64,000 nt of DNA from Diplonema japonicum (lineage: Eukaryota > Protista > Euglenozoa: Diplonemea), in assembly GCA_964019335.1 (NCBI GenBank), contig OZ025733.1:186001-250000 (forward strand), written 5' to 3'. The notes under the pieces were generated by a model. The model was not told the DNA's origin. It did not search any database and saw only the letters and a list, made by a program, of their open reading frames with translations. How positions within the stretch are numbered: position 1 is the stretch's first letter; each line of letters opens with the position of its first letter. Positions 32,124 to 43,499 of this stretch are shown here, in pieces. A program made the translations under genes and the position numbers.

Positions 32124-33353
32124 ATGCGTGCAGCAACCCTGTGTTTGGTTGGAGTGCTGGCGGCAGCAGCTGCTGGGAGCGACTCGTGCAGCGGGAATGG
32201 GTTCTACTACGAGGACATCAAAGGGTGCGACTGCTTTCCCTGCTTCGAGGGGGACACCTGCGACAAGTTTGTGACAACATGCATGCTGGACGACACCGGT
32301 GGCAACCCCAACCTGTTCGAGGAGTACTGGAGGAACCACACAGGCCCCACCTCCGCCGCCACTGAGCAAATCTTCTACAGGTCTCCCTACCAGTTTGGTA
32401 ACTCCCTCACAAGAACCGCCAACTCGAGGACCTTGAACAAGGGCCGTCTCCTTCCCGTCCTGAACGACACGATCATCAGCCTGCACGAGAAGGTGGGGAA
32501 CATTGCGAACCTTCCCAACAAGAACCTTGTGATCGGCTCCGGTGCGACAGAACTGATCGGGGCGGCTATCTTCGCCTGCAAGCAGATGCACGGGAAGAAC
32601 AAGCAGATGTACGTGTACGCTCGTCCCCCTTACTACAGCGGCTACACTGGGGGGCTCCTCGCTGTCGGGGTGGCGAACGTGTCCTTCACCTCCTCCACGG
32701 ACCTGGACCCCTCGTCTGTGATCGAGTTCGTGGCGTACCCCAACAACCCAACGAACGAGTTCAACGCCCCTGTCTACCCGAAGGCTGCCTGTGTGATCCA
32801 CGATCAGGTGTACTTCTGGCCCTCCCTGTCGGACATCAAGAAGGGTGGGGCACCCCTCAACACGGAGATCTCGCTCTTCTCGATGTCGAAGCTGACCGGG
32901 CACGCGGGGACCCGTCTCGGTTGGGCCCTTGTCGACAGCGAGGAGATGACGCAGCTGATGGACATGTACGTGACGCAGATGCAGATCCACGTGTCTGTGG
33001 ACGCGCAGTTCCGCTCGAACACCGTGCTGCAGTACCTGCAAGGGGAGGACGGGCTGGCCTTCTTCTCATGGGTGAGGGGACAGATGGACGGGAGGTGGAA
33101 GCAGTTGAACGCGGTGCTTGCGGGGCAAAACAAGGTGAAGCAGCACTCGGTCCCCGGTGGCTTCTATGCCTGGATCGAGTGCATGGACCTCGCCCCCGGG
33201 CAGACCTGCCAGAGCGTCTTCAACAGCAACGGGCTGAACCCTCGGGAGGGGCCCGCTTTTGGTGGGACCAACAAGTTCACTCGCTTGGAACTTGTTGTCG
33301 CAAGCAGCGTGTGGGACATCTTCATCCAGAGAGTCGCCGCCCTTGTCGCTTAA
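32124..33353 (+). CDS. Secreted alliinase / TAR family PLP enzyme, copy 2
   Basis: Near-identical to 25696-26925 (offset 6428) except for one divergent patch at ~32394-32448. Confidence 0.88.
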   Translation: MRAATLCLVGVLAAAAAGSDSCSGNGFYYEDIKGCDCFPCFEGDTCDKFVTTCMLDDTGGNPNLFEEYWRNHTGPTSAATEQIFYRSPYQFGNSLTRTANSRTLNKGRLLPVLNDTIISLHEKVGNIANLPNKNLVIGSGATELIGAAIFACKQMHGKNKQMYVYARPPYYSGYTGGLLAVGVANVSFTSSTDLDPSSVIEFVAYPNNPTNEFNAPVYPKAACVIHDQVYFWPSLSDIKKGGAPLNTEISLFSMSKLTGHAGTRLGWALVDSEEMTQLMDMYVTQMQIHVSVDAQFRSNTVLQYLQGEDGLAFFSWVRGQMDGRWKQLNAVLAGQNKVKQHSVPGGFYAWIECMDLAPGQTCQSVFNSNGLNPREGPAFGGTNKFTRLELVVASSVWDIFIQRVAALVA

Positions 33354-33412
33354 AGTGCAGGTAAGGTGACCATAACAATCCACACATATTCTCCCGTTCT
33401 CTACGCCTTTTG

Positions 33413-33443
<31 letters not shown>

Positions 33444-33942
33444 CTCTCTCTCCTTATTCTCGATGGTTACAATGTGTATTTATGAAAAGACCTTTTTTTT
33501 TCCGACGAAAAAATTGAGTTTTATCCCCGTTTTCCTTTTTTGTTTGTTTTTTTTTGTTTTGCTTTTTATGATCTCTCTTTCTACTCTCTTCAAAATAAAA
33601 AGAAATAGAAGAGGGGGAAGAAGAAAAAAAAAATACTGTTGCTGGAGAACAATTCACGTGATGAGGAAATTAAAAAAAAAAAGGAGGAAGAAAGAAAATA
33701 TTTTTTCTTTTTAAAAAGGGGCTGTTTTGAGTTCGTTACAGCCTGCCTTTTCGCTGCCCCCCTTTTTTTTCGCCCTTCCCTCTCCCCTACCCTTTTTATT
33801 TCGTTTTCCCCGCGTGACAAAACCTTTTCGAAGAAAAAAAAAAAAGAGAGGGAGAAAAAAAAAAACAAAAAAAAAAATCCCTTTTTTTTTTTTAATATTT
33901 TTTATTTCTTAAGAACCCCGTTCATCTATCACAAAAAAAAGG

Positions 33943-36900
33943 ATGCCCCTAATAATACCCGGAAAGAGCCAGAATGTCGGAGGTGTGGGCGGCATGGTTG
34001 GTGCCGCTTTAAAAGGAAAGATGCAAGAAGAAGACACCGCGGCTGATGATCTCACTCCCGTTCCCGTTCCTGTACCCGTTCAAGCACCTCCTCCGACTCG
34101 GGCAGACGATCAACCAGCTCAGAGTCCTGCACAGCTCGCCGCATTCTCAGAACCAAACGGGTCTGTTGTGTCAAGCAGCCGCACTCAAGCACCGCACCTG
34201 GAGGCAGGTACGAAGGTTGTTTTACAAGGTTTGAAGAGGAACGAACAGTTCAACGGGCACGTTGTCACTATTCTTGATGAGCCTGATACACAGAATATGA
34301 TAATGGCAACTGACGGGTTGGTCAAGCTTAAGATAAGGCGTTCCCACTACCGGCTGGCAAACGACAGCGAGATAAGGGCCTGCGAGTACACGCCCACCCA
34401 CTCGTCGGCAAACAACTCTTTGTACGAGGCAACCACGAAGCAGAGTATCCACATGGCGGCCGCCGCTGCCGCGGCGGCTCCGCCGCCGCTCCCCCTCCCC
34501 ACCCCGCAGAACATAGACGATACCACCTTCATAACCGTCCCGGCGTCACCTTACACCTTAGTACTCAACGAGAAGGAGCAGCGGTTGGAACTGCTGAAGG
34601 ACTCGGAGTTCTATCAGGTCATCGATAAGGTATGGGTGGGGAAAAAAAATAATAATAATAATAAGGACACTCATTACGTGACGACCAACCGGATTTTAAG
34701 CAAAGACCCCACGGAGGATCCTTCCGAGATCGAGGTAAAATAAACAATGAAAAAAAAAAGAAAAAAAAATAGATTCCAGCGCACGACACGCCGCTTCTCG
34801 AAAAATTCTCGAAGATCTGCGAGGCTGCGAATCTGCCGCAACACCCCGCGTTTGTTCAATCGGGGGTGTCACAATTAAAGGAGATGAACAGGAAGCTGGT
34901 CTGGCTGGAGCGGGGGGTGCTGAAGCACATCGTCCAGAACCTCGAGTTCGACCCCGAGGAATACAGGCTGTGCTGCGAAGCCGGTGAAATAGCCGTCTTA
35001 GAAGTCATCGGACAACGCGACTGGCTGGTGGGACTGATAGGGTTATGCGAGATCACTGGAGTCACCCACAACATAAAATTCCTGAAGAACGTCACCATAG
35101 GAAGGTTCAGCGTGGAGCTGGAACAACGCCCGAATGGTGATTATAAGCTTGGGATCTACATAGGTGATTCTTTTCAACAGTTCTTGTCGCAGGCGTCGTA
35201 CGATCCCGTGTCGAGGAGGATATCGCCAGACAGCTGCACCTCATTCGAGCACCGTGACTCTATCCAGCTCCCTGAAGAAGGTTTGTCAACGATTCTTTCC
35301 GACCTTGTTGCGCTTTGCGAAGCTGCGGATGTGAACCACAACATCGTCCTCCCACCGTTGCCATCTGAACCACCGCCTGAGGACACCCGATCTGCAGCGT
35401 CGTCGGTGGTTAGTAAGAAACCCCGAAAAGAAAAGAAAATGAAACCTCCGTTCCTCCCAGCATCGTCCACGTCGTCTACGTCCTCGGGACCCGCACCGCC
35501 GACTCCAACACCGCAGCACTTTCCGTCTGGTACGGCAGAAACTTTTCTCCTCACCCGGGATTCCCCAACGTCTTCTTCCCTTGGTTTCGAGGTCAACGAC
35601 GTCACCTTGCGTATAGTAAAGGTTGCGAAGGACACCCCTGCATGGCTGGCAGGCCTCGCTCCTGGTATGCGGCTCCTCAAGGTGCAGGACCGGACCATTG
35701 CAAACCTTCTTGATATCCATAAAGCTCTCGACACACAGTCGCTTGTGATCAAGGTTCTGTGTGATGTTAAACCGGAAGAGATACCGGAAGTCGAGGAAGA
35801 AGATGAGATACCTAGATCGGCGTCGCTGGCGTCGTCGGTCAGGACGAGGGTCTCGGAGAGGGAGAGGCAGCTTGAGGAAGAGCTTCAAAAAACGAAGGAG
35901 GAGCTGCAAATGCATAAATTATTGTTGAAGGAAACCCGAAAGGAAAAAAAAGTCGAGAAAAAAACAACCCCCCCACCCCCACCCCTGTCGGCGCGACAAT
36001 CGTCGATAACCCATCTATCCCAACCTCAATCTCAACCTCAACAGTCGCAGGCACAAGTACAGCCTATCACAGACATTACCCTTGTAACGGACGCTTCTTT
36101 CAACGGCAACCACACGACGCAGAGGATGACGTTTCCAACATTGACACCGTCTGTAGGGGATGTCCTGGCGCGGTTAGGGGTCTTCACCGTGCAAGACGGT
36201 GCCCCTCTGTACTACTGGGTGGACGTCGACACAGACCCCCTTCGCCCCTCCGTCTTCGCAAGGACCACAGAGATATGGAACGAAATGCCCATCTACGAGG
36301 CCACGCACCCTGAACAAGCTTATCTGTTCGTGAACAACAGCGGGAAGTGGACTGTGTCGAATAAGAAGGAACACATGAAACGGTCGACAGGGTGGGTTAA
36401 GGCACGCCGCCCGCTTGGGAAAGACGCGCTTCCTCATGGTGTCCGATCGTGGTTGTGCAACGACGGTGTGTCTTGGAGGGAGGACGTGTCCGTGAAGGTG
36501 GTGACAATGCCGAAGATGATGGTTTTGAACAGCGGGCTGTCGAAATGGTCGGTGGTCTTGGGAGCGCATCAAATTCAGAACGGAGGGAAAATATGGGTGG
36601 GCGGGTATACAGCAAGCCCGCAAGAGAGAAGGCCTGGCCCTGCACCCTGGGCGTCTCCAGTGAACCTTCGTGATAGGAGGCAGTATAGTAATGACAATTT
36701 TGCACGTGCGACATCGCCGGCATCGACGGCGCCGTGCACTGAGTACAGAGCGGGGACCTTGTCGACGCCTGACTGGGGGGTGCCCTCTGTTCCTGTTACG
36801 CCGCAGACAAGCTTCCCTCCAACGCCACTCCCGCCCCCAGCTGTTGAACGGGACTACTCGGATCGTGTGGCCTCAACATCGGCACCTATGTTTGTGCACC

Positions 36901-36971
36901 ACTACCCCCGCGACGACATACCGGGAAGATCGATAAATAGGAAACTATCGCCGCCAAGACCGGTTCGGTAA
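33943..36971 (+). CDS. Multi-exon protein (exons 33943-34629, 34666-34734, 34773-36971): SH3-like motif, three ...CE....HNI repeats, PDZ-like domain, Pro-rich regions
   Basis: GT-AG intron 34735-34772 joins the two ORF-track ORFs in frame; removing intron 34630-34665 improves alignment of repeat 1 to repeat 3; PDZ-like SLGFEV...VKVAKDTPAWLAGLAPGMRLLKV. Confidence 0.75.
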
Positions 36972-37252
36972 ATAGAATGAATATGGAAAAAAAAAAAAAA
37001 CAACGAACTTTTTTTTTTTTTTTGTATTTTGTGTTTTTTTTTCTTGTGTAGGTTTTTTTTTTTTATATTAATTTATACTTGTTTTTTTTTTTGTTTTTGT
37101 ATCTCCCCTTCATCCCCCCCCCCCCCCCCCCCCCCCTCTGCCCTCTCTTTATTACATGTTTTTCTTTTTAGCCTGGAAAATGATAAAAAGAAGAAAAAAA
37201 AAGCACACCCCGAAATTTCTAACCAAAGGCACAAAAAAAGAAATACATATAG

Positions 37253-39127
37253 ATGACGGATACATTAAACATCGGTGCCTCGATCGTATTGGTGTCGCTG
37301 ACGGCACTGCAGAAGTACAATGCCAAGGGGGCGGAGGTGGTGGAGCTGTGCACCGACGGGAAGGTGAAGGTGAAGCTGAACGACGAGGGGACGGTTATAA
37401 AGGTGAACAAGAGAAACTGCAGGAAAATCTCCATGGACGACACCATCAGAGACACACGCAGCCTCAGCCTTTCACCGAGCGTCACCGGTGGAGCTGCACA
37501 AAACCCAACCCTTATAGGGTTCACCACACCAAAGGTACAAGTGGACGCATCAGAAGATTTCCGCGACTTTAGCAAATTGATGACCGAGGTGACAACAAGG
37601 GAGAAGGCTTTCAACGAGCATTGCTCGCAGCTGCAGGACGACTTTACCCGACAGCACCTAGTGTACCAAGCAACCTGCACACGGGAAACCCAACAGCTCA
37701 ACGAAACAAACGCGCAGCTCCAACTTGAAATCCAAAAACTAAAAGCCCGCCTCCGTGCCAAGGACGGCAGCGAAGCAACACACCACACCATACAAAAGAA
37801 AGTCGAAGAGGAGCTGAACCGACGCATGGAGACCACTCTGGAAGCCGCGAAACGAAGAATAACACAACAATGCGAACACGATTATCAACTGAAACTGAAC
37901 GAGGAAAAGATAAAATGGGAGGAAGCGAAAAAGGGAGAGTGGGTGTTGCTACAGGACTCGTTCGCGGTCCAGATGCAAAGGCTGCAAGTTACAAGCGACA
38001 AACGACACGATGAAGAAAAGATCATGCTGGGCGTCAAGCATTCCGAGGAGCTGAAGCAAGCCAGACTACTCGCAGAAAAGCAAACCGAGGTCAAGATAGA
38101 CGCCATAAGGGGCGAGTTCGAGAAACTTTTCACAACAAAACTCGCCGCCGTCGACGAACGCTCCGGCATGATGCAACAAGTCTGCGAGCAACAACTCGAA
38201 GCGGAACGAGACCGCTTCCAATCAGAAAAGGAACGGCAAGTCCAGCTACTCCGAAACCAAGAAGAACAACGCATCCTGGAAATCCAACACGAGACCGCAG
38301 GCCTCGTTCAACGCCTACACGAAAAGGACAGTGAAATAACCGAAAAAACACTCGAAGCAAAGCGTCTTTCCGAAGAGCATCTTGCAGAGATACAACACCT
38401 CGAGAAGATGCACCAGGAGAAACTCACAACAACAATGAGCAGGATTGACGCCATCCACCAAGACCTCGCTGCATGCCGCACGGAGAACACTTTGCTGAAA
38501 GTCAAGCTTCAAGAGCAGGACATCATCAACAATGACGTGTTGCTTAAGGCACACACCATCACAACACCTGTCAAACCCACCCGGCAGACAGACGTCACAG
38601 CAGACATGATGGGCGCCATGCAAAGAGACTTCAGCCGGATCAGAGAGGAAAGCGAACGAGAACACGCTAAAGTACTTCGCGATCAAGATCATAAACACAC
38701 CGTCTCTTACCAGTCCATGCAGCGTCGGTTCGAAGACGCCCTCAACACCGTCAAGGCGGAACGTGACGCTGCTCACGCTGACAACAAGGTGATACAGCTC
38801 ATGAAGACACGGTCAAAACCACCCACCCCGCCCCTCTCCCCTGCCGCCGGTATAATACCGGACCCGATGCCGTCTATCGCCAATGAACCTCCTGTTGTGG
38901 TGTACTCTGCGATGGGTTATAAGGGTGATTCTCAGAATCTTTTTAAGGGAACGTATGACATTAACAATTTAACGGTGTCCCCGATCCTCTCTATCAAGCT
39001 TCCGGAGGGGGCCACCGCGCGCTTCCACCAAAACCTCTGCGGGTCGGGCCCGGCGAGGACCGTCAAAGAGAGCTGTCTCTGCGTCACGGACTTCAACAGC
39101 AATGGGGCCTCGCTGGTGCTGTCGTAG
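37253..39127 (+). CDS. Coiled-coil protein with N-terminal SH3-like and C-terminal beta/gamma-crystallin-like domains
   Basis: Long E/Q/K heptad region; C-terminal VVVYSAMGYKGDSQNL..GTY...ILSIKLPEG....F...DFNSNGASLVL matches the crystallin Greek-key pattern. Confidence 0.75.
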   Translation: MTDTLNIGASIVLVSLTALQKYNAKGAEVVELCTDGKVKVKLNDEGTVIKVNKRNCRKISMDDTIRDTRSLSLSPSVTGGAAQNPTLIGFTTPKVQVDASEDFRDFSKLMTEVTTREKAFNEHCSQLQDDFTRQHLVYQATCTRETQQLNETNAQLQLEIQKLKARLRAKDGSEATHHTIQKKVEEELNRRMETTLEAAKRRITQQCEHDYQLKLNEEKIKWEEAKKGEWVLLQDSFAVQMQRLQVTSDKRHDEEKIMLGVKHSEELKQARLLAEKQTEVKIDAIRGEFEKLFTTKLAAVDERSGMMQQVCEQQLEAERDRFQSEKERQVQLLRNQEEQRILEIQHETAGLVQRLHEKDSEITEKTLEAKRLSEEHLAEIQHLEKMHQEKLTTTMSRIDAIHQDLAACRTENTLLKVKLQEQDIINNDVLLKAHTITTPVKPTRQTDVTADMMGAMQRDFSRIREESEREHAKVLRDQDHKHTVSYQSMQRRFEDALNTVKAERDAAHADNKVIQLMKTRSKPPTPPLSPAAGIIPDPMPSIANEPPVVVYSAMGYKGDSQNLFKGTYDINNLTVSPILSIKLPEGATARFHQNLCGSGPARTVKESCLCVTDFNSNGASLVLS

Positions 39128-39306
39128 ATTCTTTTTTTTTCTTTCTTTCTTTCTTTTTCTTTTTCCTTCTTGTAACCCTTTTCTCCTCCCGCCCCCCCTT
39201 TTTTTTGTGTAATATTTTTTTCTTTTTTTTTGTTGTTTTTCTTGTACGGTAAGTTTAAGTGGAAAAAAAAAAGGAAAAGGAGTATTGTAAAAACGGAAAA
39301 AAGAAT

Positions 39307-39345
39307 ATGAGAAGCACAAGCACGGCGAGAATTCCTAAGGAAGAA

Positions 39346-39378
<33 letters not shown>

Positions 39379-40653
39379 TTTGATGAATCCGATTTCGACA
39401 TCACAAGAATAACAGAGAAGATGGGCGAGGACTTCTCGAAAGCCATCTGGGGAAAAACTGTGGCGATCTGCACGGTAGACGAGGACTTGATGGAGATGGT
39501 ACGAAAGGGTTTCAGCGAGGGGGCTGTCGCGGAAGTGCTTCCTGACTGCAGGAAAGACGACAACACGGGGTACAGCCCGGAGGAGATGAAGGACATCGAG
39601 GACGGCTACGAGGAGCAGAAAAAAACCATAAACATGCCTCTCTGCGATACAAAAGGCGCGGCCATGATCCGAAACAGTTTTATCAAACACTTCCCGCACC
39701 ACGGCAACGACGTCGAGGTCGGTGTTTACTATTCCCGAACAGGCGGGGAAAAGGCACAATGGCACTCAGACAACAACCACAACCTCACCATACAGGTCCT
39801 CGGCGAAAAAACCTGGTCCTGCGCCAAGGGGAGCACTCACACCGTGCGGAGCAAAGCAAAGCTCGACCCACCAAAGAACCACTCAGAACAGCTTGAGAAA
39901 TCAACATACTTCAATGAAAGCAACGCATCACAAGTCACCTCCTACACACTCACCCCTGGAACGGCATTCTACATTCCTCCAGGATGGTGGCACACAGTCG
40001 CGTCTGTCGGTCGGTATGACAGCTTTTCCATTGATCTTCGTATTGGTAATGTACTTCATGCAAAATGGATTTGTGAAGCGGTGTTCTCGGGGCTGCAAGA
40101 GAGGTTCCACCAGGTTTCACACCCATCCTCTGCAATGGGTATGCAGGACTACAACAACGGTGTGAGCGATGGGCTGAAGCGGCAAATGGAATACGTTGCG
40201 GAAAACATCGTCAACATGGCACAGTCGCACCCCATCCCCCGTGCGCTTCCGTCACAGTGGCGGCTCAGCAACGGTTTCGCTCGAGTCGGGACTCTCGAGT
40301 ATCTCTCCGACGTGCTGGCTCCTACTATGCTGGGCACGTCGGACACCTCGAGGATCCAGTTCACGAAAAACATCTCGGTCTCGTTCCGTACCCTTCCGTC
40401 TGCCCTCTGTCTCGACTTCTTCTTCGAGTCGACGCTCAGCACGATGGAGTACTTCCGGTACACCATGCACATCCCGCCTACACCGGAGGACAGGGAGTAC
40501 GTTATGCAGCTCGTCAAGGATCGATCTCACACTGTGTCCGGGTTCCCCTTGCTGGCCAGCGTGTTGGTTTACGCAAACCTCGCCGTGCTGGTGACGGAGC
40601 AGCCTGTTGAGGAAAAGCAGGCAAAGAAGCGGGCCAGAAAAAACACGAAATAA
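39307..40653 (+). CDS. JmjC/cupin 2-oxoglutarate-Fe(II) oxygenase (ROXA/NO66-like)
   Basis: HxD...H triad: QWHSDNNHNLTIQVLGEKTW ... LTPGTAFYIPPGWWHTV; acidic N-terminal tract; C-terminal basic NLS-like KKRARK. Start codon uncertain. Confidence 0.82.
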
Positions 40654-40835
40654 GGAAAAGAAGAAATAAAAGCGGTGTAAACGGCTTTTCTTTTTTTTTT
40701 TTCCTTCTCTTTCTGCAATCATTTCTCCCCCCCCCCATTTTTTTTTAGCCCCCTCGTACTTCTAAAAGAAAAAAGAAAAAAGGAGAGGGGAGAGGGGGCA
40801 GAGGGAGAAAAAAAAAAAAAGAAAAAAAAAACATA

Positions 40836-42925
40836 ATGAAGTTCACACCGACCCCCATTCTCGGCATTGTGATCGGGGATACAAACTCAACCTGCGCGAT
40901 GTGGGAGCCAGTGGCGGGCTCCGTCGACATGGTGACCAACAGCAGAGGGGGCAGGGTCACACCGACGGTGGCGTACTATCACACGGTGGTGGCTTCACAG
41001 CCTCCTACAGTCTTTGTTGGGGAAGACGCAATTTCCCGCGACATGCGCCAGCCGGGGGGCTTGATCAAGGGGATGAGGGCGTATGTAGGAGCAAACCCGA
41101 CCGAAATCGACCTCAAAAACACCAAACTAAAGCCCGATCAAACAGAAACAAAGGTCATGATGAGGGTGCGCGTAGGGACGGCAGACCAGGACATCCCAGT
41201 GGACCGCGTCCTTACGCTTCTCACAGACGTGTTCATCGAACGGGGCAAACTGCTAACGGGCGATCAAAAAATATCGCAAGCAGTCGTAGCGGTCCCTCCT
41301 TACTACACCATGAAGCAACGGGCAACTGTGTTGCGATGCATGTCTGCGTGCGGCCTCACATCGTCCTTTACTGTCTCGGAACCCCTCGCTGCTGTTGTCG
41401 GCGGCTCACAACACACCAAACTTGATGAATACATTCTAGTATCTGACATAGGGGGTGGTTCCATTCTGACCTCATTGGTGTACATTGACTCAAAAGGATC
41501 TTTAAACTGTCTGTCTGTGAATGGCGACGCGCACAACGGAGTTTCTTCGATAGACGAGATGATCTTAAACGAAATCGACGCGGAGTACGAAGGGAAGGCG
41601 GGGGTGAAAATGACCGAGAAGCAGCGGAGACGGCTGTTGGAAAAAGTAGAACAGATTAAAAAAGCCGGCAAGGGCGACATCGATGTTGAACTTCCCGACA
41701 GTTCATCTGAGGGCGAATTTGAATACACCCTCACATCAGTGAAGCTGAAAAAATTCTCCGAGACCATATTACAAATATGCCAGGCGACGACCATGGCCTG
41801 CCTGTCGGACTCCCACGTCAGCAAGGAAAATATAACAACGGTTCTCCTTGCAGGGGGGGGTGCTCGTCTCATTGGAGTCCGTTCTGCCTTCCAAGAGATT
41901 TTCCCAGACTCTGATGTTGTGCTTGGCGGTGGTGTTCCACCAGAAGAAGTCATATCAATCGGTGCCGCTACCATAGGATCCTTCTTCACGCAAGATTCTT
42001 CTCCGGAGCTCACTTCTGACATGTTTCACAATCTAGACCTTGCGTCCCCCGCCAGGTCAAAGAACCTTGTAGTGGTTGAGAATGAGAAGACTGTTCACGG
42101 TATTGGGGTTCTGACGCATGGCAACGAAAGCGATCTGCTCCTCCCACCAAACACCCAGCTTCCCGCCTCCGCGTGCCATTACTTCTCCTGCCGTTCAAAG
42201 ACAGGCGTCGCAACTTTGATCAATCTTCCTTCAAATTCCGCATTGGGGTCCTTGGCGTTTGATGTACCGGGGTATCCTTTACCCGCGGGGTACAATGCAC
42301 CAAACCTTGCGTTGAAGCTGTCTGTAGCTGTTGATGGTGCAGTGGAGATCGTTGTTATCGATTTATCGGGAAAGGACACCATGCTGAGAACAGGGAGGTT
42401 GCAGGAATCCGCTGTTGATCCCAAACAACCTGTGGAGAAAGAGAGGGAAAAGGAGAGGGTGGTCGAAAAGGAAAAGGAACAAGAGAAGATTACAGAGGTT
42501 CCGATCCCGCAAGCGACCTGCGACGCGTACCTAGAGTCGTTGAATGACAGATGCCAAGCTTTGGAATGGTTTCTGGAATCGGCATCTTTGCAAGTGGAGT
42601 ACCCCACACCTGAGGGCAAGGTCACCACTATCCGTGCAGCCATCGCCGCTTCAGAGGCTGCCATGCAGCATCCTGCACCGAATGCCGTTCTCATAAAACA
42701 GCATTTAGACGCATTGGACGAAGCGTGTGGGTTTGCGGTTTCGGGTGTCACGACGGGCCAGACGCATAAGTTGATCAACGTGGCCTTAGGGTGCTGGATC
42801 TTCGCCGTGGCACCACAAGATGACGATGCTGCCCTCCTTAAAGAAGGAATGAAGCTGGGCATCCCAGTGGAGCACTCCTTGGGAACAAGCACTTTGTGCC
42901 ATGAGGTATATGCAATGAAATGAAA

Positions 42926-42972
<47 letters not shown>

Positions 42973-43164
42973 ACACACCCCTCCCCACAGATTGCTACGT
43001 ACGGTGCTGCAGCGTGTCTTGAGCATGTTGTCGCAGAAATCGGGGCATCGCAGGTGAAGCAGCTTCTCGCGATCAGGAACAAGCAGGGTCTGACCCCTCT
43101 TGAGAAGGCTGCCGTATCTCAACAGTCGAGGCTTGCAGAGATGATGTCGAAATTGGTGAAGTAG
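40836..43164 (+). CDS. Atypical Hsp70-family protein with C-terminal ankyrin-like repeats (exons 40836-42905, 42991-43164)
   Basis: Hsp70 motifs GIVIGDTNS, N..G.R.TPT, AVVAVP.YY...QR, SEPLAA, DIGGGS, LAGGGARL, PEEVISIGA; an 85-nt GT-AG intron adds TLCHEIATYG...RNKQGLTPLEKA. Confidence 0.8.
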
Positions 43165-43392
43165 CCGTCGCCCCCCACTTAGAGCTGCATAGATTCCCTC
43201 TTTTTTTTTTTTGATTTTTTTTTTTTAAAAGGAAGCAACAAAGTGTGTCTTCCACCATCATCCCAGGAGGGGAGGGGGTGAAGATGATCGTCGCGTCTCA
43301 TGCAGGCAGCATGACGCTCAACAGCAGAAGTTAATGTACGCAACACAACAGGGTCTTACTACATTGTTCAGTGCGGTGGGGCGGCAACTCTG

Positions 43393-43435
43393 ATGAGAAC
43401 AAGGGGGCGTCCCACAAAGGCTTCCTTTAACTCAT
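43393..43435 (+). promoter_or_regulatory. Intergenic hairpin element (type A)
   Basis: ATGAGAACAAGGGGGCGTCC-CACAAA-GGCTTCCTTTAACTCAT, then a T tract and CAG at 43454-43456. Confidence 0.5.
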
Positions 43436-43499
43436 ATATTCTTTTTTATTTACCAGGGCCCCGCAAAACGCGATGTATAGTTAGCCCAATGATTGGGCG

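Noticed and set aside
43391-43435. SECIS element or C/D snoRNA suggested by TGATGA
   Set aside because: No GA quartet partner, no in-frame UGA selenoprotein upstream and no suitably placed CTGA D box; better explained as a type A hairpin.
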